From Pseudogymnoascus verrucosus (lineage: Eukaryota), in NCBI GenBank assembly GCA_001662655.1, contig KV460234.1: a DNA stretch of 64,000 nucleotides. One strand, given 5' to 3'. This document shows, piece by piece, positions 22,178 to 34,500 of the stretch (its first letter is position 1; every line of letters starts with the position of its first letter). Below the pieces are notes generated by a model. That model was not told the origin of the DNA, did not search any database, and saw nothing but the letters and a program-made list of their open reading frames with translations. The translations under genes were made by a program, and so were the position numbers.

Positions 22178-24081
22178 CTACTCTGCCTTCCTCCTCCGCA
22201 TCCTCGCCTTAATCTCCCCCTTCGGCCCCATAACCCCAAACCCAAACTGCTTCTTATTCGGCTCCAGCACTCGTCCCGGCTCCAGCTGGAGCTCGATCTC
22301 AAACTTAGACAGGAACAGTGCCATCCCCGCCATTGCCTCCTGCTTCGCATAAAACCGGCCTGGACAAATGTTCTCCCCGCCACCATACGGGATAAACTGG
22401 CCCGCCACCTTCTCCGGCGCGAACTTTGGCGGCACCGCCTCGCCGCCCTCCGCCTTCTCCGCCTCCTCGCCGCCCTTCAACTTCGCGGGATCAATGAGTC
22501 TAGGGCCGCTAAGAGGATGATCCTTGTACACCAAGAAGCGCTCCGCCCAAAATTCCTCCACATCATGCTTCTCCCCATCCCTACCATGCTGATTCCACGT
22601 CTCCCGATTCCGCGCCTCTTGCCAGCTCGACGCGATGATCAGGTCGCCCTTCGGAAACTTCCATGGTCCAATCTTGAAGGTGTCGACAATGGGCGTGCGC
22701 TGGATGAAGATGGCGTTGCGCAGGCGCAGCTCCTCCGCATAGATGGATTGGAGGAGTGGGCTTGCCAGGAGGGCTTGCATGTCAATACCCCCGCCGGGGG
22801 AGAGTGCTGCGATCTCGGCACGCGCCGTAGCTGCCAGGGCAGGGCGCGTGAGGATGTCGATGAGGCACCAGCCAACTGTAGGGACAATGTTTGCGTTTGC
22901 GCTGGCTGAAGTTAGTAAAGTGCAGATACGACGTATGGGATGGGGTGAGTAGCCAGAGTATAGACTAAGTAAGAGGAGTGGTAAAAAATGCACTTACGCC
23001 CAAAGTAGTCCTATGTCAAATGTCGGGCGCACGTCGTCTGTCATGCCCTTCACGCCTGTATAATCCACAGCGCGGTCTCGCATCATCTTCGACCCGTAGA
23101 ACTCCTCCCACACCACGCCCTCCAGCTTTGGGTCGTTGAAGTCTAGGTTCGCACGCGCGTGTGCCTGCCACTTCTTGATGGAGGCGAGCAGGCGATCACG
23201 CACAGCGTAGGCTTTGGGCGCGAAGAGACGCGGCACTAGCTTGAAGAGCGTCGGGATGTGGTGGTCGTATTCCCAGAAGTCCTTGTTAATGTCGGGATTC
23301 AGTCCGATCAGGTGAGGACCGTAGATGGCGTTGGTGCTGGCGGCGAACATGGTCGACTGGATGAGGCCGTAGAAGTCAGGCACGTCAACCCAGTCTGTCT
23401 CTGATTCAGGGATAGCGCGGTCAAGCTCCTCGCCCATGTATTGGACAAAGCGCTCAGCGATCTCAACAAGGGGTGGGCCAACAAGGTTCGTGTGCACAGT
23501 CTTGTGCTGCAGGTACCAGATACGATCGCTCATATTGAGGGGGCGTGAACCAGGCAGCGGCTCCTTGCGGCTTCCCGTGTCGTCGAGGGCGTAGCTCTCG
23601 CGGCCGGCGCCGGCGCCACCGAAGGCGTTGTCAACGGTGATGATGATGATTTCGGTCGAGTCGAGGTAGCGCGAGCCGCGGAACATGGCGAGCACATTCG
23701 CGGTGCCGGAGATCAAGGTAAGTTTCCTATTGGCGAGGCGGAAGCGCACAGGGACGTCGCGGGCGTGTCTGCTGCTGTGGCGGGGTGTTAGTGAGAGTTA
23801 TGGAAAGGGGGCACGTGACATCGTCGGACGAACAGGGCATTGCGGACGGCTCTTTCGTTGTCGTAGAGAAAGGAGATCAGATTTCCCACAAATGGTACGG
23901 CGTAGGGGGCGATGGGAGCAGATCTAGAATCACTTTTATTGTTTGCGGCGAGGAAGGCGCGTAGGGAGGTGATGAGATATGTGAGGGCGAAGGGAAGCAG
24001 GGACGCGACGACGATGGTGAGTCGCCAGTCGCGTTGGGCGAGGGAGTAACCCTCCGCCACAAGATCATCAAACATTGCCAT
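22178..24081 (-). CDS. Cytochrome P450, CYP7/CYP8-like (cholesterol 7-alpha-hydroxylase-like) type
   Basis: Three exons. Heme motif PYGGGENICPG, EELR (ExxR), AERF, and I-helix WAANANI in place of AGxxT. Confidence 0.9.
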
Positions 24082-24927
24082 GGAGTAAGAGACAACCTTC
24101 AACTCATTGAGGTGAATTAGTCAAGAATTTGCGAAAGCGCGGTAGTTTTGACTTTATGGTTAAAATAGAGTAGGAAGCTGACGAGCTGTCTAGATAGGCT
24201 TAGCGTGGGCTATTCCGAATACGAAAATGGTTATCCTTCCTCACCATCGCCAATTAGCGGGCCGTCATCCTCTCTGACGCCCTCTCCCCAACCATCTTTT
24301 TAAAATCACCCTTCTATTATTTGCCATTATATTGGGAAATGATACTAATGCTAAACCCCATATATATGATCTAACGCCCGAATACAAACCCCCTGGGGAA
24401 GTGTATATTGGAGAAATATGCCTGTGGTCGGAGATCGGACGGATAAATATTCTGCCGAACAGCCTCAAATGGAAGATCTGACAGCCAGAACAGTGGCTTT
24501 CCTGCAACAGATATCAGCGAACACAAAACAGCAGTTTCTATGTCATCCCTGCCCATTGAAGCCCTTGATCTTAAATATTCGGTGCTAGATCTCGAAAGCA
24601 CATTGAGCTTGTGGTATAAAAAACGCCCTGTAAGTATTGTAGCGCTGACGAGATTCTCACCTCACGCACAGCCCTGAATCCCCATGGAGCTAAAATAAAT
24701 AAAAGGATATTAATATGCTGTGGCACTTGGCGTGGGGTGCACAGAGTGGCGGGTACATTCTTTTCATTGGCGAACTATGGCTTAGCCACCTCTTTTGTCA
24801 ATTTATATTCTGGATGGAGCATAATGAGATTGTAATCGTGGTGAAAGTACGCTGTATCACTGCAAACACCCCTCTATTAAATCATTGCGTTTATGTTACT
24901 TTTATCCTTCAAGCAGTTGACTCCCTG

Positions 24928-26372
24928 TCACTGCTCCACTAATCTAGGTACAGCTAGGCTGAACGCATTCTGAGGATCATACCTCCGTTTGAGACCCAGC
25001 AGGGCCTCGAAGTTGGAGCCAGGGCCATAAATTTTGGATAACGGTACGTCGCCCGGCTGAGTCACAGAGATGTACGTCCCTGAGAGAAGGTTTTTGGGGT
25101 CCATTTGGAGTAGTTCGTTTTTAAGACCCGTGGCCCACTCGATAGATTCATTCACCTCCTCCTCCTTTGCCACCAAAGAAATTAACTCTAGCATAAAGTG
25201 AGGCTCTCTCGATGAAAACACCGAATCGGAGTTTGGAGCTGCCGAAAGACCACGGAGCTCATGCACGCCGAATGACGTCCCAAAGCTGGAGGGCATCTTC
25301 TCAAATGCCCTACCTAGAATCTCCGTGGCATCCTCATTCAGCTTGCGAATACTCACGGTTTGGCACGTACCATATGCGCGCTGGGGAACTTGTGTTCCTA
25401 TAAAATCAATATGGTCTGCAATCGTCTTCGGTTCAACGGTGTTCATCATGACGGGGCCAAGGGCTGCGATCTTTGCGATAGTGGCGCGCGACCTGCGTCG
25501 TGATCTTCCGATGACCACACCAATGCCAAAGCAAATACTCTCCCATGAGGGGCGTTCATAATAAACTGGTATATGCCCAGCTCCAGTGGAACACTGCCAT
25601 CTTCCAGTAGTGCTTGATATCCGGCATTAAAGTTCTTATACGTCGATGTGATATCCTGTGAGTCAAAGATGATCATGCCAGCAAGAACCTGATTCGACCT
25701 CAGTTTCCCTTTCTAGGCGCCTTTAAAACAGCGACTTACCTGACCCAACGGATAAACCTTCACCGTCAGTTCCACAATTACGCCAAGTGCTCCTCCCGCT
25801 CCACGAATACCCTTCAGCAGTTCCTTATTAGCAACGACAACCTCTCCTTTTGCATTGACGACTTTCGCCGCCAGAATGTTGTCTACGCCGAGACCGTACC
25901 TAGACATGATCGGTCCGTATCCTCCGTATGTGCTCCACCCAACAATACCTAGGAAACCGAGCGCACCTGTAGGTGTCACAAGTCCGTCTTTAGACAGCTC
26001 CCTAAGAAGATTGGACACTATGACCCCCCCACCCACTGTTACGGATGACTTGGTCTGGTCCACTTCAATGTAGTTAATGTCCCGCAAGTCGATCATCAAA
26101 GCATCTTGGACGCAAGACAATCCGTATATATTGTTCCCACCTGAGCGGATGGTAAATTGGATAGAACTACCAACACAGAAGTAGACCAGAGCCGCTACGT
26201 CATTTGCCGTTTGGGGCCGGACGATGGCCATTGGGGCAACAGACACGGATTGGTTGTAGATTATCTTCAATGAGGAGAACTCGGGATCTGTGGGCGACAC
26301 ATATTTGATCTCTGGGTGATTGTTCAGGAAGAGCCTAAGGGTAGCTCGGCTGTTATCCAACTGAGAGGTCAT
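24928..26372 (-). pseudogene. FAD-linked oxidoreductase (FAD_binding_4/BBE-like) with an apparent frameshift
   Basis: IVRPQT, RSGG, GGYG...YGLGVDN, GAGGALGVI and C-terminal LKRRYDPQNAF. The frame changes near 25485-25490 in a CGCGCG run with no intron signals. Confidence 0.65.
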
Positions 26373-26830
26373 CTTCGACTGGAGGTCAACTTGTTGTACT
26401 GGTAAGTAAACCTGTATATTATAAAAGGTCGGTTATACGTTACTATATGCAGCGTCAGAAGATCGGACTACATAGCCTCTCTTATACTTCGTAGATGTGC
26501 TTACTTAGCTTCGTAGCTACGAATGCGCTAAAACTTTCCCGTCCGCCTTATAGGGCAAGTCTCGAACTTTAAGCATTACATCACACACTACTGACTAGTG
26601 ACCCTTCTTATCGTTAGGGAATCCATCTATACTTGACTTAGTCATTATCTCTTCCGCTGTAAGCTCCCACAGTAACCCTTGTTGCTCGTCATTCCACCAC
26701 ACCATAGACAGGATCATATAAAAACATGTTGGTAACTATATAAGTCTCATACTTTATGCATTTTGTTAATCTGCGCTCTATGGCCCATAAACCCAGAATT
26801 CCTCTTTCACCACAACTCATTCCCACGCCT

Positions 26831-27770
26831 CTAAGGCCACCCTTGAAGACCAAGTGTCAGGTCATCGGTTGAAAGGAGATGCTCCTTCTTAGCCTTTAGT
26901 TCTTCAATATCCCAATTCGACCAGACGAATTTGCCTTGTAGAAACTCTGCCTCAGGGCTAACAATCCACACTGCGAAAGAAGCAGGAAGTTCGACTAAAG
27001 CACATATATACATTAGCACAGTTAATCTTCATCAATTTATAAAGGGGGGGAGGGGATTAAATAAGATGTTACTCACTGTCATCAAACGCAAAATCAAGCC
27101 CACCTTCGGAACTCTTCTTATACATTTCTGTCTGGATAACCCCTGGGTGGATAATATGAACCCTTATCTGTGGGTTCTCAAAAGCGAGGTACTCCATCAT
27201 CCTAGCAGCAGCCATTTTACTTACTGCATACGCGCTATTTGCGGGCATAGGAGGTATGTGACAACCACCCGTGGACACGTGCACGAAAATCGGGTTCTCG
27301 GCGGCGTGCTTAAGGAAAGCTTTTGAAAGGATTAAGTTTCCTTTCACATTGACAGTCATTCCCCGGAACCATTCCTCGACGTTGCATTCCGCGATAGGCT
27401 TGGTATCCGGCAAGTAACCTGCATTGCTGACGAGTATATCGACTTTCCCTAGAGCCTTCTCGATGCCCTCGAATGCTTTGCTGACTGCAGATTCATCGGT
27501 AATGTCGGCAACTGAGGTGTAAACTGTGACGTTGGTATGAGCTGCTTCTACCTCTTTCTTTGTCTTCTCGAGGCTGGAAACAGTACGCCCGAGGATGACG
27601 ATTTTCGTGGCGCCTGAAGTTGCGAATGCTTGGGTTATACGAGGCCCAATACCAGAGCCGCCGCCTGTGACCACGATGGTCTTTCCAGCTGTAGAGAGCT
27701 CAGGACGTGAAGGGTCAATGCCGGAGTAGGGCGAGGTGTGGAAGGTTTTTGTGTATGGTGGGAAGCCCAT
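26831..27770 (-). CDS. Short-chain dehydrogenase/reductase
   Basis: TGGGSGIG, VSNAG, YAVSK (YxxxK), HPGVI. One intron (GTGAGT..GCTAAT..TAG) keeps frame. Confidence 0.92.
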
Positions 27771-28967
27771 TGTCTCTGTAATGAGGGTTTGAATGGTATC
27801 TGTAATTATTTGAATCTCAATGTCACTAATGACCGCCCATGGCAGGGCGGGGTTAATATACTACAAGTGAAGACAGACGTCATGGCTACCACTAAAGAAA
27901 AATCCACATCCCGCGCTATCTAGGACATACCCTTAAAGCCGCTAGTTAGTTCGCTTTCCCTTAAATGAAGCTTAAGGTGCATAAAGTGGTGCCGAGAGAA
28001 AGAAGTCTAGCTGCGGAAAAAGCCGATACGCGAAACTCTCAAGGTATCTGTGGTAGGTTGGCTTTTTTACTTCTTTTCCCGAGCGAGAAAGGTTTTAACG
28101 TGATCTTTAAGCGTAAACAGTTTAATTAAAAAGGCAGTAAATCGCAGAGCAATGAAACAATTTCATATTGCATTTATAACGCTAGGAGCCTTAAGAAGCT
28201 TGCAGTAATACGTACACACAAAGTGTAATTTTTACATTGCGTTATTACTAGCTAACAAGGTTTGTCTCGACAAGGTGCAAGCTTCGGGTAGGAGGAACGG
28301 GCGTTTGATAGAAGCGATCGCGATTAATCTTATCTCGCTCCCTCGGACTTATAGCGAGTACGAGTCGGAGCGAGTACGAGGCAGAAGGACGGCAGGCAAG
28401 CGGACACCTAATTTCTAGTCTTGGTACTCATAACCTTGTCGGTATCAACGTTAAACACCGGTGATATCTCCGTGCCCATTCTTTTGCGGTGCAGTATATG
28501 TTGTCAAGATCGGTTGCTATTCGCCCCGCTAGTGTTGTCTTTCCCAGTGGAGTTGGTCAGTCCTGCATCTGTTTTTTTACAGGGGGGTCGAAGCTAAACA
28601 GAGTCTAGAATTCCAGATATTCCCACAAAGAATCTATGCGACATATTCTCATGCCAACCCAATGATCACAAACTATTAGTCACTATTTCGAGTCTTACAA
28701 AAGATGGATATCCAGGTACTTTAAATCTTTGGAGTCAGCCGAGAAATCTCGTGGTCGAGGGTGGTTTTGTTTTGGTCCGATGAAGCCATGATTGCGATTC
28801 TACATCATGTAACATGGGCCAGCTAGTCAATCTTTGCGTAGTACCCCCCGCGGCAGAGGACTTTATCATTATGACCAAAAATTGATTTGGCCATCAAATT
28901 ATATGCTCGGCAGATATTGATCTCCCCCGTCGCTTATGAGCGCAACAAATGGGTGAAGTATGTTTTG

Positions 28968-29000
28968 TATGTTTGGTATGTTTTGTATGTTTTGCATGAT
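28968..29000. repeat. 9-bp tandem repeat GTATGTTTK
   Basis: About 4-5 consecutive copies in the SDR-laccase intergenic region. Confidence 0.75.
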
Positions 29001-29703
29001 TTGTTCTCGATGGGGTTGACACGGGCCTCTTCTTATGATGGGGTTCCCTGGCTTGAGATCCCTACTGTGATTTGGCACGGTATTACAGGAGTGATCATTT
29101 TCCATACTATATCAGTTGGCTATGTACACGCATGATGAGAATCTAGATAAAGTAGTCATCACATAAAGTTTGAAGGATGCATTCTAGAGGACGATGCCAG
29201 CACAGCCGGGTCTCATTTGATAGACAGATAGGCATGGGTGAACCGATATCACAGTCTGAGAGGCAATTTACTTCGTCCAACTCCCAGATATCTACAGCTT
29301 CCCTCGACCATAAGCGTATAGCACAGCCTCATCAGTTCCAGTTGGAGAACTTTAACTTTGAGCATGAACAAATCGTATAAATTGGCGTATGTAAACAGGT
29401 CGAGTAAATACTTAAGTCGGTAGAGTAGTTCCATATCATACAGAACCCGTTGTAAGAAAGTCAATAATATATTTGTCCACGTTGTGGTGCAGCATTTTAA
29501 TAAGTGTATGTCTGTCTTTGAAGATAATGAGGGATTTCAATCCGATAGCTATACTACTATCATGTACATACAATAAAGCCAGCTACTAATCGACCCCTCC
29601 TGATATGCGTCCTCTATCCATATCGCTCACTACTTCCATCGCCTCTTCTAGCTCTCGATAAACGAAACAGTCTTCATTTTGCTCCGTGTCAACAGAGGCT
29701 TGC

Positions 29704-31533
29704 TCAGACGCCAGAATCAGAAGAAACAACGCCACTGCTGCTCACATATGAGTTCCAAGCTGTACAAGTGTCGCTCAAAACTGTTTCATCAATAAGTGCT
29801 GTAATTTCACTAACACGCTCGACGAGCTGTAGTGCAAAGCCCTCTGAGGTGTGCCATCCAATGTGACAATGCATAAGCCATGCGCCAGGGTTGTCGGTCT
29901 GAAATCCAATAACTAGATAACCGCCACCAGGTAACATGGCAACATCACGACGGGGTGGGTTAGTGAGCTGCAGTGTTGGGGCGACCGTAGCATATGTACC
30001 AGTGCCTTGAGCCAGGATGCTGAAATCGTGACCATGAAGATGGATTGGATGTGGCACTGCATTGGTAGTTTCGATGATGAAATAAACCCATTCTCCAGCC
30101 GTTGGAAGTTCAATAACGTGAGACGCGGTCGTGTACGTGTCATTTCCCTCTGAGATCTGGAGCAAGGTCGGGTTGTCCCATTCAGCAACGAAGGTTGTCG
30201 CGGCCATGAACCATTTGAAGACATTTCCAGACCTCCCTACAGTAACAGCAAAGTCGTCACTTATGTCCGGGTCGGAGGCATCAAGTGCGAGGTAAGGAAC
30301 CAAGTCGGACATGGATTCATCATCGCAAGAATCAGTGTAGGTGTATGCGGTGGTAGTGGGGTCAGAAGTGCTAGTAGAGTCGTATCGTACTATGCCTTTG
30401 ATGTTGTCAGCAGAGTCGTTGTCGCTGCAGGTCGTCTGGGGAATGGCCCGCATCCAATAGTCGGCGGTGGCTTGGTCGGCGGTGACAATAATATCGTATC
30501 TCTGGCCTATGCCGATATTGAGGTAGGTAGTGCTGTATGGGACGATGGGGACAAAATCCATAGCTATCACTTCTATAGTGTGGCCGTCAATCATGAACTT
30601 AAACATTGTGTCGATGGCGGCGTTGACGAGTCGGAGGCGGTAAGAAGTTCCCGAGACGAAATCCATCTCGAATCGAGAACCACCAGTGTCGTAGACATTA
30701 GTGCCGTTGATGAGACCATTGTCAAGCGTTGGTGGGCCTGTAGTTTCAGCTGCAGAGTACAGAGCATCGGCTGTCTCGTGGGTCCAGTCATTCAAGAATA
30801 GGATGCCTGCATCTTCATCGTAGTTGGCCGTGGCCGGGCCATTAATTATAATGCCTCCAAGAACACCTTCCCAGGCTATTGGAATAGTTAGTAATTTAAG
30901 GCGACTTCAATTTGAGTAATATACATACCCTGAAGAGCGAAATGAGAGTGGTACCAAGATGAGCCGTACTGCGTAGCTCTCCAGGTGTAAGTGATCGACT
31001 CTCCAGGTGCAAGGGGGCATTGAGTAATAGAAGCAACTCCATCATTCTGATTAGTGAAATTCTGGTGCAGACCGTGAAAGTGAAGACTGGTGCCATTGTC
31101 TGAAAGGCCGTTGTAAAGATGGACAACTAAGATACTCTGTGAGAAAGCGTGGAAGCGCAAGATGCCAGGAATACATACCAACAGTGTCACCCCAATTAGC
31201 AATAATGGTTGGACCAGGGAATGTACCATTGACAAGAAGCACATTTCTCTCAACACCATCTAGGGAAGCTGTGGTATTAACCAGCTCTAAATAAACCTAC
31301 ATTTGTTAGTTGGTTCCCTTGTGATTATGCGGAAGGGTTTTCACTTCAACAGTGTCTCCAGTATCAGGGACTTCGTCGTAGTAGTTTGTTGAGAGATCAT
31401 AGTTGCCCCAACAAGATCTATCTTCTGCAGAATTTGTGCATCGTTTAGAGAGCGATCGGGTGGATGGAGACGCAGTAGCACCGGAAACAAGATATGTTGC
31501 AAGGCAAGAAGCTGCAAAGGCAAAAAAATGCAT
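29704..31533 (-). CDS. Secreted laccase / multicopper oxidase (AA1)
   Basis: Signal peptide plus KR propeptide. All four Cu motifs (HFHG, WYHSH, HPIHLHGH, HCHIGWH) and ascomycete C-terminal DSGV. Multiple introns. Confidence 0.95.
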
Positions 31534-32636
31534 GCTGCCGAACTCTTATGTGTTGTTTGGAGGGAAACAACTGCGATAATTTGTGAAATGAAAAAAGCTA
31601 GGAAGAATGCTGAACTGGATGCTTCTTCTCGTCGCAGCTTTCTTGACATTATATACGTTATTCTTCACCATGGTACTGGTTAACCCCTGAGAATGGGGAC
31701 CATGGACGACAGTCTGCCCCAGACTGGATGGGACCTAGGGTATACGTCTTTGATAGCAGAGAAGGGTCCGAAATAGGGTATGCATGAATTAGGAAAGAAT
31801 TGATACGTAACCACTCAAGTGAGAATAAAAAATATACCTAGTAAAAACACATGTCGTGGACCATACCATGAGTAATGAGTCCATTTTATTCGTGGACGCT
31901 TGTAGGTGGAAGTGGCCGCAAGAAATGCCGATGGTAAGACGATGACAAAGTAAGGAGAAAGAACGTCTCATGACTTACAACTGCGCCATTTGAATTACGA
32001 GCACCACAGGTCTCGATGCCCTAGTCAAAGTTTTTTTTTTTGGATCTTACTTAGATATGGGTGAGCTAAGAACATAATTAGCAAGGGCTGCGCGGCCCCG
32101 AAGCCTTGATAAAGCTTATACCGGGATCTTAAATGAAAAATATGCATAGAGAACAATAGCGGGGACCACAATAAGCATCCTGTTTTTGTATGGGATTGGT
32201 TGGTCTTGATTGGTATGATCCGTTTGGCAGATGGGTCAGGTACCGGCGTACTAACCCCAATCGTTCCGTTTCAGGTACCCGGACGCCTCGATCCTATAAT
32301 ACTGCTTAGCATAACAACTATACCAACGCGTCAGCACCGGACGAATCGGGCTGAGGCTGAGAACCTAATGATCACAACCCCTTGTTTCGATTATTGATCA
32401 ATGCGTTATGGGATTTGCCGCCCCTCAACATCGCACGTGGAAGGTGACCGAACGAGGCATTGATTTTATACTACCATTATCAAAGTCTATAATGCGTCCC
32501 TAAAGTGAGCTTACTTAAGAGTATCCTGGGTCCAATATTTATTTTTCACTTTCAACCTCCCTTACTATTATACCTACCTTCCCTACTTCTTAGCTATTGT
32601 CATCATTCGCCCTATCAGCCCTCACCGCCGTACACG

Positions 32637-33352
32637 ATGTTATTCAATTCCAAGTTCATCGCAGCTCTCTTGGCTATCCCTGGGGCCACTTCGAGCAATG
32701 CTGCCGACCCAATCGACCCGTCTAATCTCAGTCTATACGCCTACGGAAGAAACATCAGCGGTTTAACTGTTTTCTATGGCGATGGTATGGACAATTATTT
32801 TGAAGCTTTCACCACAGTATATTTATGTCCTAATACTGACAATTGCCGTAGGTCTTGCTTACATTGGCTCCACCCCGCTGAACGGAGTATCTGTGGCTTC
32901 GAATATTACATGTATTTTGCATCTACCCGAATATTCCTCCTCAAACGCTCACATACTCTATAGTTTCTACCACCGATCCTGCGTCCGAAACTGCAACTTG
33001 GAACGTCACGTCAACAAACGCTGCCTTTAGCACCACTCCCTTGTTGTACATTGTTCCAACCGACAGCGCCTTCACCCAAGTTGGCTTCTACGGCAGTAGC
33101 AACAATAGTTCACTTCCCACGGGTGGGGTAACAACAGGCTTCGTCCTCTTTGGTAACTACCTATCTTACATCGCTTCTGATGGAACTATGCAACAGCAAT
33201 TCTGGGCCCAGGCCACTGATACCATTGGCACTTGGAAGCTTATGTGGAATGCTGGTGGTGAGGGAGGTGTTATTGCCGACGGGTATACGATTACCCCTGT
33301 TAGCATCAAAATCCGCGCTCCACTTGTGATAGACGATTCGGCGACTAAATAG
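32637..33352 (+). CDS. Small secreted hypothetical protein
   Basis: Signal peptide, LYAYG..ISGLTVFYGDG, then two GT-AG introns joining LAYIG and the FVLFG...FWAQAT...WKLMWN segments. Confidence 0.7.
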
Positions 33353-34500
33353 ACAGTTCCAATGGGTATATCGTGATCCGTTGTGGGCATGAAGGGGGTT
33401 GGAATCAAGTATTTAAGAAAGTGATGAAGAGGGGGGGGGAGATATGGCAATCAGATTGTGGATGAGGATTATTACTTTCTGAGATCGATAGTTTGAACTT
33501 CTGTTAAATAGAACCAGTCATTCGTTAGTTTTGGACCCTTCATCGTAGCATATCCTATTATATGTTATTAGTGCTGGCTCGTGTCTGCATATTTTCTACA
33601 TGCTCTGCCTGTTGTAAAATGGCTAGACGACCAATGGAGAATGAGGCTCGTTTTAACTTACGGCTAGATTATAAAATGTTGGCTTGGCTGGAATGAGAAC
33701 TCCCTACACGACGACGAAATCACATCATAACGCATCTCAAATATTCCGTTGATTTGTAACCAAGTGTTGAATGTACGGCAATGTACAGTCCCGCCAAAAT
33801 TCTGTAGAGATTTCAAATATCCCCCTTATGATTTACAATAGAATTCCACACCAATAACCACAATTATTTTTGCAAAAGTAGAAAATCTAGCAGATTGACG
33901 AGGGCATGTTCCGCGACATTTGGTTGGGGAGAAGATGGACTAAGCCACAATTACGACGACAGCCCGATGAACGTAATATACCCCACACTGACTCCCGAAG
34001 TAATGAATGGTACTGCTAGTTACAACGGCGAATATCTATTATTAACGTCCCACATGATGACAATAGAACACTATCGGCACTGGAAGGTTAAAGCAACAGA
34101 TGTGTGTTTCATTCGTGAGTGTGCACTGACGACGACGCAGACGTGGTGATATACGTACATCTCCAAATGTGGTGTGGTCATTTGGTGAATGAGGTGGAGA
34201 CTTGTGGGCACCCTGCCAATCTGATATGCACAAGCTCCAAATTTACTTGCCTTTTGCTCTCGACCCGCTCATCGGGGATCAAATTTGACTCTAATAATTC
34301 AACCCCTTAGAATCGAGTTATCATGGATGGCGTTTGGTCTCGCTGGCTGCTCGCGGGCTTGTGCAACACTGTTACTGAAAAAACTGAAAGGAATAAGGAT
34401 GTGCAAATTGAACAAATATCAAAACCCCAGAATAGATATTACTAATATCGCTAGTTGCCAACAGCACTATAAGCATGGTATACCCTTTCGTTTTTTTCCT

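Noticed and set aside
27960..29700. Long intergenic stretch as a RIP-degraded transposon
   Set aside because: No terminal repeats, transposase or RT motifs, and only mild AT enrichment.
29704..31533. Laccase as the Tyr cross-linker for the YxxY precursor
   Set aside because: It lies 25 kb away with many unrelated genes between; nothing in the sequence links them.
33600..34300. Possible decayed gene downstream of the kinase
   Set aside because: Only short ORFs with no family motif I can support.
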